DNA of 63,917 bases, counting the filler, from Catajapyx aquilonaris (taxonomy: Eukaryota), in assembly GCA_000934665.2 (NCBI GenBank). It is 4 parts of 4 records of this genome, joined end to end, with 100 filler letters (N's around TTAATTAATTAA, not from the genome) between each part and the next. Parts side by side here need not be neighbours in the genome. Positions count along the whole stretch, not along the records: positions 18,472 to 33,633 come from JYFJ02007578.1; positions 33,734 to 48,951 come from JYFJ02007579.1; 2 more parts are not named here. The stretch is one strand, 5' to 3'. Positions 24,520 through 36,381 of this stretch are shown here, piece by piece. The stretch's first letter is position 1. Every line of letters begins with the position of its first letter. Under the pieces are notes generated by a model. That model saw only the letters and a program-made list of their open reading frames with translations, ran no database searches and was not told the DNA's origin. Position numbers and translations under genes: made by a program.

Positions 24520-26444
24520 CAGGGTGATCCAACTCTGTGGCACCAACAGTTATTGGAAAAATCAACAAGCTGCTTGTTTATAAGCAGGTCGTTGCTAAGA
24601 GATCAATAAGAGTTACTTTCTGGAGAATCGGGAATAGCACCTGCTGATATTAGGTCCAACGCTCATGTAACAATTAATGAGGGAAAAAAGGGTCATCTGT
24701 GGGAAACAGGTCGTCTTCCGCGCCGTTTCTCCCTCCATTTATCCCACCTTTGCATCTTCTATATCCAGATAGCCATAGTTGCTTTGGCTTCTTCCAAATA
24801 AACCAAACCAAACCGAACTGTTGCGACCCTGAAATGGAAAGGCTCCCATCATACCTGTCATAATCTTTTATTTCCGCATCTCTAAACTGATTCATGTGTT
24901 GGCCCTGAAAAGGGCCGATTTTGGTGTATTCTGGAGGGATTCAGATGAGGTGCTCAAAGTTGCCCCCACCCAGTCGCTGGCATGTCCTGGCACGGCCCAG
25001 GGTCGAGTTGTGGACACGTCGGAGGGTCAATGGGGTCACAGCAGCACAAGCATTCCTGATCCTGTCCTGCAGGACTGCTAGGGTGGGTGGCTCCATCTCG
25101 TAGACCACCTGCTTCACATGACCCCACAGGAAAAAATCCAGCGGGGTCATGTCAGGTGACCTCGCTGGCCAGGGGTGTGGACCTGCACGGCCTATCCATT
25201 TCCCAGGGAAGTGACGATCCAGCCAGGCCCGGACGCTGCGGTGATAGTGTGGCGGCGCACCGTCTTGTTGGAACCACATTGCCCGCCGTGTCGCCAACGG
25301 CACATCCTCCAGGAGTTCTGGGAGTGTGTGGCGCAGGAACCGCCGGTACCTCCGCCTCGTCAGCGTCCCCTGGAAGAAGTACTGCCCGACCATGTGGTCC
25401 CCGATGATCCCGCACCAGACATTGACCCTCCAGTTGTCCTGGAAGTGGGTCGGCCGTACCCAGTGCGGGTTTTCCTTTGCCCAGTAGTGCAGGTTGTGGC
25501 GGTTCACCACCCCAACGCGAGAAAACTGCGCCTCGTCGGACCACAGAATTAGGTGCACAGGGGGGGCCCTCTTGGATAGTAGCCAGCTGCAAAAGGCGAC
25601 GCGTAGCTGGTGGTCCCCTTGTTTCAGCCCGTGTACCAGGTGGATCTTGTATGGATGGTACCGAGCACCACGCAGAACACGCTGGACAGTCCCAAAGGTG
25701 GAGTCGCACTGCCGCGCAATCTCCCGGATCCCAGCACCAGGTTTGGCAGCCACATACGCTCTAATAGCGATGACGTGTGGCTCGTCTCTCGCTGGACGGG
25801 TATGGACTGCTCCACGTTGCATCGGAGCAAGCACCCCGTGTTCCCGGAGGCGACGCACCAGACACCTGATGACAAACCTACTGGGTAGGCGGCGACCCGG
25901 ATACATCCGGGCGTACTCCCTGGCAGTCTCTGCGGCATTCTCTCCGCAAACACCGAAGAGCAACACCATCTGGAACATTTCTGAGTTGGTGAAAGCTGGT
26001 GCCATGGCTGCTGCTCTCCGAATGGAACCCAATGCAGACTGCTGTACTGTTAGGCACTTTCTGACTCTACAAGAACTGTTTATTTGCTGGTAACTAAACA
26101 ACGCTGCCTGTTGACCTGTCTCAGTTGCGCCAACTGCGACCAGAAGGCCTATTTATTGACACACCCGGGTCTGTCCAGTTCCGACGGATTAGCCCTTTGG
26201 TTTGGCAGCTAGTGACCTCATGTGAAACCCTCCAGCGAACACCAGAACAGGCCTGTTTCCCACTGATGACCCTTTTTTCCCTCATTAATATTGTTACATG
26301 GGCATTAGACCTAATATCAGCAGGTGCTACTCCCGATTCTCCAGAAAGAGCCAGAAAGCATCTGTTAGCAACGACCTGCTTATAAACAAGCAGCTTGCGC
26401 GATTTTTCCAATAACTACTGGTGCCGTAGAGTTGGATCACCCTG
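24520..26444 (-). mobile_element. Full-length DD41D (rosa/Visitor-type) Tc1/mariner transposon with long TIRs
   Basis: TA TSD on both sides. Imperfect TIRs of about 190 bp (24520-24710 and 26251-26444) starting CAGGGTGATCCAACTCT. Confidence 0.93.
24941..26005 (-). CDS. DD41D transposase, 354 aa from the first ATG, uninterrupted
   Basis: N-terminal HTH region, WSDEAQF, then QQD-(41 residues)-DFFLWG with WPARSPDMTPL, and a C-terminal GGNFEHL. Confidence 0.93.
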   Translation of the reverse strand: MAPAFTNSEMFQMVLLFGVCGENAAETAREYARMYPGRRLPSRFVIRCLVRRLREHGVLAPMQRGAVHTRPARDEPHVIAIRAYVAAKPGAGIREIARQCDSTFGTVQRVLRGARYHPYKIHLVHGLKQGDHQLRVAFCSWLLSKRAPPVHLILWSDEAQFSRVGVVNRHNLHYWAKENPHWVRPTHFQDNWRVNVWCGIIGDHMVGQYFFQGTLTRRRYRRFLRHTLPELLEDVPLATRRAMWFQQDGAPPHYHRSVRAWLDRHFPGKWIGRAGPHPWPARSPDMTPLDFFLWGHVKQVVYEMEPPTLAVLQDRIRNACAAVTPLTLRRVHNSTLGRARTCQRLGGGNFEHLI

Positions 26445-26634
26445 TATAATGATTGCCCATCAATGCAGAGATGAGTACTTACAAGTTAGTGCCTAAAAGC
26501 ATATTTATTGTCCAACTTTTGTGTAGTTGTCACAAACAAAATGCCTCTGTTACATTACATGCAACATTCAGCGAGAAATCATGTTTCAATAATAATAATA
26601 ATAAGGGCCACTCGTCTTTACAACAAATTAAAAA

Positions 26635-26770
26635 TATTATGTCCTTGTCCTGGTTGATATGTCTCCTAGATGATGTCCTCAGCTGTGCAGGCCATTGCTC
26701 TAGTCTCTGTTTCAGTCATCTACTTCATCCTAACCAGTTTTTGTCTATGTTTCATTCCTTATTCATAACT
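26635..26770 (-). pseudogene. Decayed downstream exon of the coiled-coil gene
   Basis: tttcag acceptor in phase 0 with the upstream donor; reads SYE*GMKHRQKLVRMK*MTETETRAMACTAEDII*ETYQ. Confidence 0.55.
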
Positions 26771-26935
26771 CTGAAAATCAAATTCGCTTTCATAAGCTAT
26801 ACATAAACTGGAGAGTATACTGATATTGTCTAACTCATTCAATCATGCTAATTTCTTTCTTCTCCCAATCTTATCAAGCAAATGCTTTGACATTCTTTAT
26901 AGCAACACTCATGAGCAATAAACAGTGCTTACCAC

Positions 26936-29900
26936 TCATTCGTCCAGCATATTCTCATTAATCCCTTCCATCTGGTCTCCGCTTTCCCTTTCCAGTGCTG
27001 CTGCCTCCTGCCTCAAAGCTTCCAACACTGCCCGGCTTTCTTCCAACTGGGCTCCATACTCTGCCTTGTTTTTTGTTAGCAGCTCTCTCAAGTCCTGGAA
27101 AGATACGAAAACCATATGTGAATAAATACAACCTCAGTCACATGATAGCAAATGACTGCACAAAAGTTGAGGAAAGATTCACGATATTCTTTGACAACCA
27201 TAATTCGAATTATTATACAAAGGAGGTTACTGGAATTTAAAAGCTATTTGGCTGGCACAATATTGCACTGTCTTCAGGTGATGGTTTGTGAACTTCCATG
27301 AGTTCCTTGGCATGAACCTAAAAGTACAGGCAACCCTCACACATAGATCCAGACTTTCATAAAAAATTTCTAATCCAAAAAAGATTTAAAGAATAATAAT
27401 TGATTGGTACAGTATAAAATGCCACCATTTGTTAGAAAACGAGTTATATGGTAAGTAGCAACTGAAACCTGCCTGCTGAAACTCGTTCCCTCACTCGTCA
27501 TCACTTTACACATGACAGACATTTGCACTCCACGTCTGAGATTTGAGGAGAATCACAAGGAGAATCCTTTTCCATTCGCAACAGGCTCAATTGTATTTGA
27601 CAGTGACTACAGTACAGTATGTTGTATAATTTTAAAGACTTATTGTTCTGATAGGCTGAGACTGGCTGAGACCATATCATATGTAAATTCAACTTATTTG
27701 CTATTTTTTCTTACTTTCCAAGCTTCCCTCTGGACAATTAGTAAAAAGTCATGGCACATGTGAGAGTTATTCAGATCTAAGTAAACAAAGAAATGTTACA
27801 GCTTTTATATTTTAATCAGTCTACATTTCACGTATTGAAGTGATATGAATGTAAATTCTTAAATACCCAAATTAATTAATTAAAAATAAATTTAGTTATT
27901 ATATCTTACCACAGCCTCTTTGTTTAATTTGTCTGTGTTGTTCTTGGACTCATTAATATCATTCTGCGTGACCCCCAGTGCTGTGTCAATACGAAGTTTG
28001 CCATCAACACGACACTCATTCATTGCAGCTTTCAGACTAGCACTGGTGGCATAAAATTCTTGATGCTGCGCTTCCTTCATTTCCAGCTCTCCTTCCATTT
28101 GCTTAACTTTATCCTCCAGTTCGTACATGGGAATTGCGGCAGTTATCTCTTTCTCATCCAATTCCATTAATGTCTGATTGACTTTTTTTTGAACCTCTGT
28201 TGCTTTCATTTTAACAGCCTCCAGTTGTGACTGAACTTCTTCACTGTTCTGCGCTGCCCTTGTTAGCTCATCTTCAGCATTACGCCTTATTTTGGCATGC
28301 AGCTCTTCTTCGATCTGCAATTCTGCTACGACTTGCATCCTTTCGTTGTAATTTCTGGTTTCTTCCATTGCCTCAGCCTCAGTTTTACGACATTTTTCTT
28401 CAACCCAATTTAACTCCTTACCGATCACCTTGATGTCTTTCTGGACCCTCTGGATCTCAGCCAAAATAGTTTCAGATTTGCTTTGTTTCTCTTTCAGCTT
28501 CACACTCTCACTTTGCCTCACGTCCAAGGCTTCTTGATCTTCCTTCACCGCAGTCTGCAACTTGACAAGCTCCTGTTCCAATTTTCTTTTAATGTTCCTG
28601 CTTGCAATGATTTCTTGATTTTCTTTTGCCCATTCAGCTTCTAACTTGGAAATCTCACTCCCCTTAGCTGCCAAGGAGCAAGACATCTTTTGCCTAGCGA
28701 GTTTTGCGCAGTCCAACTCAATCGTGTCTCTTTCCTCCAGCTTCTTCAAGCTTTCTTGTTCCTTCAAGACTGAACTGTTCAGGATGGAGATCTCTACCTC
28801 AAATATTTTTACCTTCTCTTGCTCCATCTCTGATTCTTTCAGCAACTCAGACACCATTTTTTTAGTATTATCTAGAAAACTAGTGAGCACCTCTTCTTCC
28901 TCCCTCTTCAAAGTGAGTGTGTGTTCTAAATAAGTTAAGGCAAAATTAGATGTAAAATTATTGCTTGGGGAATCAAATGGTTTACCTGTCTCTGCTACAA
29001 TATCCTCAGGATACGTCTTTGCCTCCTTGAGAGCAATATCAAAGTGTTCATTCTCCCTTGCCATTATCTGCAGTTCAGCAGCTGATTCAACTATTTGTTT
29101 CTCAAGGGTGGCAATAGTTTTCTTGGATTCATCATGCTCTGACTGAATCTGCTTCATCCTCTGAACCTGCTCTTTTGCAGTTAATTCTTCTCCACCAATC
29201 CAATCCATGCCATGTAACCATTCCTCCCTCTGCTTCTCCTTTGCACTTAGCTCACCGCTACAGCTCGTCAAGTCAGCATTGTCGATGTGTGCTGATTCAA
29301 TCTCCAAGCATAACTGCTTCAGCTCCTGAAAATAATAGCAATATTTAGCAAGAACCACTTCACAACACCAAGCACCAGGATATAGATCTTAATCAAATCT
29401 CGCCTACATACTTCATTTTTCAACTGCGTATCATGATGTACCTTCTGAAGACTCTCTCTTTGTGACATATCTTTGTCCAGCAGCTTCTGCGTAAAAAGCT
29501 TCTTTTCCTCGAGTTTGACATTAGATTGACTCAATTTTATCTGCAAACGCCTGACTCTGAAAATATGGGGGTCAATCTCTTCATCACGCTTTCACTCCGT
29601 AGTTACTAAAGTTGTCTTACCTTTCCCGTTCAGTGTGTAAGTCACTCTGGATGCTCTTCCACTCAGACATGAGCTTTTCGCGCTGCATCTTGATTGCTTC
29701 TTCTTTAGAGGTCAACTGAAAATAATATTTATTATTATTAATGCCTTTTCAACAAGGTGCCACTTTTCATACCTTTTCAATTGAGGAATTGAAATTTCTC
29801 AGTACTTCTTTCCCCTTCTTCAACTCCATCTGACGTGTCTCTAGTTCGCGTTTCTTCTCTTCTTCTATCTTTGATAGGCTTGCATTCTTCTTTTTCAGTC

Positions 29901-30166
29901 TCATAATCGAGGCTATAGTTTTTTCCCTCTGCTGTTGTTCAAACTCCTTCCGCTGCTTGTCTGTCAGTGCCATGTCATTCTTCTTATGCTGTGTCTTTTC
30001 ATTTTGCCTTACCTTCTCTAGAGAAGCAATTTTAGCCAGTTTTTCAAATTCCATGGTCTCTCTCTGATGTTGACATGGAATCATTTTGTCTCCAATATGT
30101 AGTGGGTAGGCCTCCTCTAGAATCATAGCCTTTGGTTCATACATATCATGTGATGTCTTTTGGGGC
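26936..30166 (-). CDS. Uncharacterised long coiled-coil protein; exons 29773-30166, 29621-29715, 29412-29556, 27910-29325, 26933-27094 (stop 26936-26938)
   Basis: All junctions are GT-AG and phase-consistent. The frame is open throughout, including a 1416-nt exon, and is E/K/Q/L-rich with heptad character. Start uncertain (ATG at 30144 or an upstream exon). Confidence 0.85.
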
Positions 30167-30749
30167 CTGAAATCCAGTTATGGCATTATTTACATATGAA
30201 AAAAAAACCAAATCAACAGCACAGTAATAAGTTCATTCAGTATCATAATTATTTTGAAGAGGAACATGTATACAGCCAAATAAAAAGCCATGGCTGCAGT
30301 TTAGCAACCATTAATCAACAGAAATGCAATATGGGGTGTGTCGACTATAAGGGGGACTGGGAAGGGGATGGGGTGTTAGCTTCCCAGTGGCTCCTGACCT
30401 TCGTTGAAAGGGAATGTGTCCGTATATACTAGACCTCCTCACAAATTAGTTGAGTATAGCCCTGGTGTAGGGCCCACTGCTCATTTTATAAGCCGGTGCC
30501 GGAATGAAAAGCAGGACATTGCTACATTACTAGGGAAGTCAGGACTTCCAGCATTGCTCTAATTCCAATAATGCAAGATATGACAAGTCATTGCAAAAAT
30601 GTACCACCTGAAATACACCTTATCAGGTGCTACATATGACCTGTGTTATGCTGCGTATTAAATTTACAGAAGGAATGGGTGTGGGAGGGGGCGGAAAATG
30701 ACCAACTGCCTACCCGCGAAAAAAGTATAAATAACTTACGGCCATACGT

Positions 30750-31008
30750 GTGACATGTGTACCGATACAAACAACAATTCATTGACACCTTGAAAGAAAA
30801 CATCTCTTACGAAATTCAGGCCAGGACCTTCCAAAATATGGAGAGTCGTGTTCAGGCCTGTCTGGATGCAAATGGTGGTCATTTCCAGAACATGTTGTGA
30901 TGCTGTTTGCTTTCTCGCATAATTCGGCTGTTCAGTTCAAATTTAATTGCGACATGTTCATTGGTGTTAAAGTTATTAAAGAAATGCCAGGTAAAGTAGG
31001 GAGTGGGA
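30750..31008 (+). mobile_element. Tc1/mariner (DD41D-like) 3'-end remnant
   Basis: Encodes FQNMESRVQACLDANGGHFQNML*. The TIR AAAGAAATGCCAGGTAAAGTAGG..GTGGGA is the reverse complement of the 22884 end, with its tip missing. Confidence 0.72.
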
Positions 31009-31369
31009 ATGAAGGTAGAAAGGATCAAAAAATATAGAATTTGACCTGGAATAAGACAATATCTGCCTCAAGGGAAAAGAGAAGGGCAAAGTGTGCATAG
31101 GTGGTATCGGCGAGAGAGCCATCTCTGGGTATTTTCTCGAACTAATGCGAGCGGCGGCCATCTTGTAGAAATAGAAAATTATTCCGAGTAGGAGTTAATA
31201 GTACGTCTGGTACAATAAAAAGGCTGCACCTTTTGACTGGAATATGCCACTTTCAGGGATCATAGATGAGGTCATACCAGAGCAGGCCTATGACACTCCT
31301 CGAATACGGTAGGTTAACTCCTGTGTCCTGGCCAGACGGCGCTGATGGCGGAACATGGCGGATGTCCCT

Positions 31370-31774
31370 CCAGTGTCTGCCGCCATCTTGAAGGCCCATT
31401 CCGGTTGGCTGGCAAGTCAATCTGCCTGCGGGTGGGTGCCAAAAAAAAAACATGCCGAAAAATAAGTACGGTACTGCTCGGTACTGCTAGCTATCTTTAG
31501 TCATGTCTAAATAAAATAAATAGTACACTTACAATGCTCATTTACAATCACCTCCTGCTCGCTTGACATTTTTGGTGTGTCCAGAATGCCTTCTGCACAT
31601 TTACCGAGCATTGTAAGTGTACTATTTATTTTATTTAGACATGACTAAAGATAGCTAGCAGATAGCGAGCAGTACCGTACTTATTTTTCGGCATGTTTTT
31701 TTTGGCACCCACCCGCAGGCAGATTGACTTGCCAGCCAACCGGAATGGGCCTTCAAGATGGCGGCAGACACTGG
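31370..31774. repeat. Near-perfect inverted repeat, ~170-bp arms (31370-31539 / 31606-31774), 66-bp spacer
   Basis: Direct reverse-complement match, e.g. AATAGTACACTTACAATGCTC / GAGCATTGTAAGTGTACTATT. Confidence 0.92.
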
Positions 31775-32514
31775 GGCATGGAGGAAGGAATACTATGGAG
31801 ATGCGATGACGTCACGATTTGGGTTCCTGTTTTCCGCCCCGTTCCTTCCTCCAAGACTTTCCCGCCCGCCGCCATCTTTGTTTTCACACAGAAGCGCGGT
31901 AAGCCGTAAGGATGGATCTGGGCATGAGGTGTGGGCCACAATGAAGTCTGCTGGTGAGTTTCGAGCATGGATGAAGGAATACTGTGGAGGTGGGGCCCCC
32001 TATCCCACCCATTATGGGAAATTGTACCCCCCTTAATCTGGAACTTGGAGGAAGGAACGGTCCAAGATCTGGAACGGCGGCCATCTTTCTAGGCACAGAA
32101 ACTTGGAGGAATGAGCGCGCATATGACTTGGAAGCAGGAATAGCGGGCGATAGTCAAGTGACCAGACGTCTGGATTTTTCCAGGACAGTCCTGAATTTCC
32201 ACCCTGTGTCCCGGATTTTACCAAATACCATTCGGGACGCCGATATGCCCCAAATTCGGCCACGCTGTCATGGTTTAATAAATATTCATCATAATGAATT
32301 AGATGGTCATATTCTGTATTCCTATTGAAATACGCGATCGTGCTGGTTTATCTTTGGTAGGAAGACAATGAGCTCCTTGTTTGACACTGATACATTTATT
32401 ACACATATTTCAAAACACATTTTCAATACAATGGGAATGTCTTGGTTATGCATATGGGAAGACTTGCAATTACTTCCAAAAACTGGAGCAGGGTGGTTCC
32501 ATTTCAAATCAGGC

Positions 32515-33633
32515 GGAGGCTGTCAGGGCTTGGTCTCCGATTATTACGGAAAAATTACACGAAGTACCACTATCGAAATGATGACGAATGACACTGGCTA
32601 TTTTTCAGTGTCATTTTTTATTTGCCCTGAAAAAAATCATAACCGCAGGGGTACCAAATCTGCTATTTCTCCAAGTTCATTTTTCCTCAACTTTGGACGC
32701 CTGTACCAATTTTCCTGTTCGTTACAGAGAAACCAAATTTGTAATGGAGCAACTGCCTACCTAGGTCTGAATTTTCGATATAAAATAATTGCGAATGTAT
32801 AATTAGCAACCGCGCAAAGAATTGGCGAAAATGCTGTTTTACGACATTTTAGCAGTTTTCGCGAATTTTTTTCTTTGAAGTCAAAGGTCAACAGTGGACC
32901 CATTGTTGAACATTGTCAACTTCGCAAAACATGGTTTGGAAGAAAATAATTTTCTCAAAAACACCACCGAATAATTGAACGCCTATTTATTTCTGGACAG
33001 AGGAACATCTGAGCCACACACCAGTGCAAAAATTTCTCTCCCCCCGAGGCTTATGATCCTGATTTGAATTTTATTACTTACTCGTTTCCGGCGCTCTCCA
33101 TAGAGCCCACCGACCCAGTCCCACGACTCATAGCATCATGTACGGTACATTTGATTAGAACTTCTCTCGTGTGTGTAGGCTACATGTGATTGTATGATAC
33201 CTTGAAACTTATATCTGATACTGGTTAATGCTATGTGAGGTCCGGTGATGTCAAATCAGGCATAGAGGTATTGCAAAGTCACACCAAATGTATCGTCACT
33301 GACAAGTGACAACAGCGACTCTCATCACGTTGTCACCCAAGTATATGTCATGCAGGTGAACACTGTGATCTGAGTCTTCGCCCAGTGGTAGCTCTGAATT
33401 TCGTCGGGAAGTAGTACAGTCCAATTTTCAGCAAAATCGAAATGTAACACTAGGTGCGAGTCACTATCTTGGCACTGCCTATTCAACTTCTGCACAGCCT
33501 CTCGCTGAATCGTTCGTACATGTTCGTGAGTTATTTCTTTCGTAGTCCAGTGGACAAGTTCATTGTCTACAAAAGAAGCAACTGATGATGTTCTCTTGAT
33601 TACGTCATTATGCTCCCACACTGCAAATGACAC
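32515..33633 (-). mobile_element. DDE DNA-transposase remnant (Sola2-like, tentative)
   Basis: Motif LHFDFAENWTVLLPDEIQSYHWAKTQIT (DFxEN..EIQSxHW) at 33325-33633; downstream frame decayed. Confidence 0.6.
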
Positions 33634-33733
33634 NNNNNNNNNNNNNNNNNNNNNNNNNNNNNNNNNNNNNNNNNNNNTTAATTAATTAANNNNNNNNNNN
33701 NNNNNNNNNNNNNNNNNNNNNNNNNNNNNNNNN
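33634..33733. other. Artificial assembly linker
   Basis: N44-TTAATTAATTAA-N44. Confidence 0.95.
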
Positions 33734-34701
33734 AAGTTAGCCCAAAACTACTTCCACATCCCTATATTAGTTTTGCGAGTCCTATCAGGCTACCTGGCGA
33801 CTTTCCGCGAGTTTTTGAGCACCCTGTATAGTGCATATGATAATCTGTTACAAAACAGTTGAAAGACCAGGCAAAAACATGTACAATACAGTATACAAGA
33901 GAGTTTTTGGAAATGCATAGAGCTTACCAAAAGAGAGAGAGAGAGAGAAGCATAAATTAATGTGAAAACACTTCAACTGGACCTCCTTCCCAGTGCACAG
34001 GGGAGTTATGTTGTGTTAAATCTAGTATGTATCGAGGTCTATTATTTTGATTACATTCTTTAAGAAATTAAATAAATTGTATTGATTGTCCAAAGATAGG
34101 TTATTAGCCATTTTAACTAAATTGTGTTGTGGGGCAGGGTGCAAGGTGTACAGGAATGTGTGTCGGGGTGTGGCGAAAGCTGGACAAGAGTATAATATAT
34201 GATACAGATTGAACGGCTCTGCGTGGTTACAATAGTCACATTTTTCATCATCATTAAGTTTCAGTGACTGTGAATTGATTCTGATGTAGATTGAGTTATT
34301 TTGTATGTTTATGATCAATCGGGAGATTGGTAAAGGAATGGAACCTGTAAACTATAACGTGACATTTGCTTCTTCCTCCATACTTCTTTGTACTTATGTA
34401 TCTAGTAGTGTTGGAAAGTTGGTCTAAATCTGCCTGGAAACATTTTTTTGTGAGTTGTTAGAGGTGAGTCTTTATGCCAATTTCGTTAATCGAGGAAATA
34501 GTATTGTCTGATGCTGCAAGTTGTTTTTGGATCAAATCCATCCAACAGAGTCGTTTGTGTTGTCCTGTCACTAGATGTTTGCTTCTAGTGTTCTAGTATA
34601 TGCTTTTTGTGGAGAAGGGAATCCTCGTCAGCTCTGTCTAATTTGATGAGGTATTTTAACATTAATTTGATTATTCTCAGTTGCATAGGCTCTGTGCTTA
34701 A

Positions 34702-35180
34702 AGGGACACTCCACTCAAAATACAAGTTGGCCTCTAAAAATCAGGCAAAAAATCCTGATTCCGAGAATGCGATCCGTTTTTCTCGGAGGCGAACGCTAAT
34801 CCGCGAAATAAATCTCAAAGTAGGCCGTCTGCAAACCCCCTGCCCCTCCAGTCTCGGCGCCACCACCCCCGGCCACGGACCCGCTGCCCCTCCAGTCTCG
34901 GCGACACCACCCCCCGGCCACCTGGCGGCTGCCTGAGGAAGTTGGCTAACCGAATCTCTATCCACCTTGGATACCCGTCACCAGCCCGTCACCAGCGGGC
35001 GTTAGTCATGGGGATCTGATGCGGGAGCAACAGATGTAGTCCACCCGTAAACAATTAGGGACCAAGCAAAAGCGATGTCCGGAAAGTAACACCTCGGTGA
35101 CAACATGCATTGGCAGCAGCCAGAAATATCCGACCCCGAACTGCATTCCAAACTCGCGCTGCTAGTTTCGGTTATGCAAC

Positions 35181-35212
<32 letters not shown>

Positions 35213-35784
35213 CGGGTTAGTGCACCGCCCTAATTGGGTATCTGGCACGGTACCTTTATTTGCTTAAGATGTACAAGCTTTTACAAGTGGTCCTTTTCCG
35301 TAACGCCCGGGTACCGCGAGCGAAGGGGGGATGAATAGGAGGGGATGTGCAAAGTGCAAGTGCAATGTCGTTGCTTGGTCATTTTGTGAACTCCCCCGGG
35401 TGGCTTAGTCTGTCGGAAATTGCCACCCGAAATGAAGCCAGAGATAGCCCAACTCTGCACGGATAAAGGTGGGAACCCCGGGTGGGGATTGAACCCGGGA
35501 CCTTAATATCCGTGGGCGCACGCGTTACCGCGGCGCCACTTCATCTCCCCTCTCGGTTATGCAACTTCCTCAGGCAGCCGCCAGGTGGCGACTATCCAAC
35601 TTCCCCCCGTGGCCGCGGGTGAGGAGGGCGGGTCCACGCTCGATCAGAAGTCGAATTTATTCCGACTTTCGTCTCTTCCCCTGTCATTACCGTTCGCCTC
35701 AGAGATAAACGGATCGCATTCTCGGAATCAGGATTGTCTGCCTGATTTTTAGAGGCCAACTTGTATTTTGAGTGGAGTGTCCCT
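34702..35784. mobile_element. Kolobok-like MITE
   Basis: TTAA|AGGGACACTCCACTCAAAATACAAGTTGGCC ... GGCCAACTTGTATTTTGAGTGGAGTGTCCCT|TTAA; TIR of about 90 bp. Confidence 0.85.
35183..35552 (-). mobile_element. tRNA-derived SINE (head 2) inserted in the MITE
   Basis: A/B boxes TGGCGCCGCGG / GGTTCAATCC; (ATT)n tail; perfect 15-bp TSD TCGGTTATGCAACTT. Confidence 0.9.
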
Positions 35785-36073
35785 TTAATTCCAGTCTTAT
35801 AAAGTAGCTTGTGGTAGTCTTTGGGAGCGCAAAATATTTTTAAAAGTACTAATGAAATACCACCTCCAGTTAGTTAAGGTGGTTCAGTGACCAAACTGGG
35901 GCCGCATGTCAAAATTGGGAAATTTTTTCATGGAAAAGTTTTAGTGCCGTTTCGAAATTTCGTATATCTTTAATTTCATCAGCCCAAAGCATATATGTAT
36001 AGCTGATTTTGCTTTACTGATGAAATATTGGACAGTTCTTCTAAAATTTTCATTACTGTGAAAGGGTACACCT

Positions 36074-36381
36074 GACAACCAAAGTAACTTTTCTTACCCT
36101 CCTGAATTTTGAAAACTTTTGGATTTTCTAATTCTGCTTGGCCTATAGTGTTAAGGAAACATCACCTCCGCTGCTAATTTCCACGTTAGCAGGGTGAAAA
36201 TACAGCCAAATTGCGATATTCCGAAGGCACAACACCTGCATCCTGTTGCGAGTTGCCTTTCACTGCGCCTGTAGCGTTCTCTGGTGCCGCTAAGGAGAAG
36301 GGTCATCTCGCACGCTGTGAAGTCGAAGGCGATTATAATAATGGAGAGCCAGGCTCTCTATTATAATCGCCTTCGACTTCG
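36074..36381. mobile_element. Half copy (one arm plus centre) of the palindromic element at 47248-47985
   Basis: Matches from GACAACCAAAGTAACT to the centre GAAGTCGAAGGCGATTATAA..TTATAATCGCCTTCGACTTC. Confidence 0.85.

Larger units (their letters stand above)
33960..35850 (-). mobile_element. Degenerate LINE 3' portion, interrupted by a MITE
   Basis: C-terminal knuckle EKCDYCNHAEPFNLYHILYSCP at 34022-34318. LINE-like sequence resumes on the far side of the 34702-35784 insertion. Confidence 0.65.

Noticed and set aside
25087..26093. Several long overlapping ORFs on both strands
   Set aside because: Shadows of the GC-rich transposase gene.
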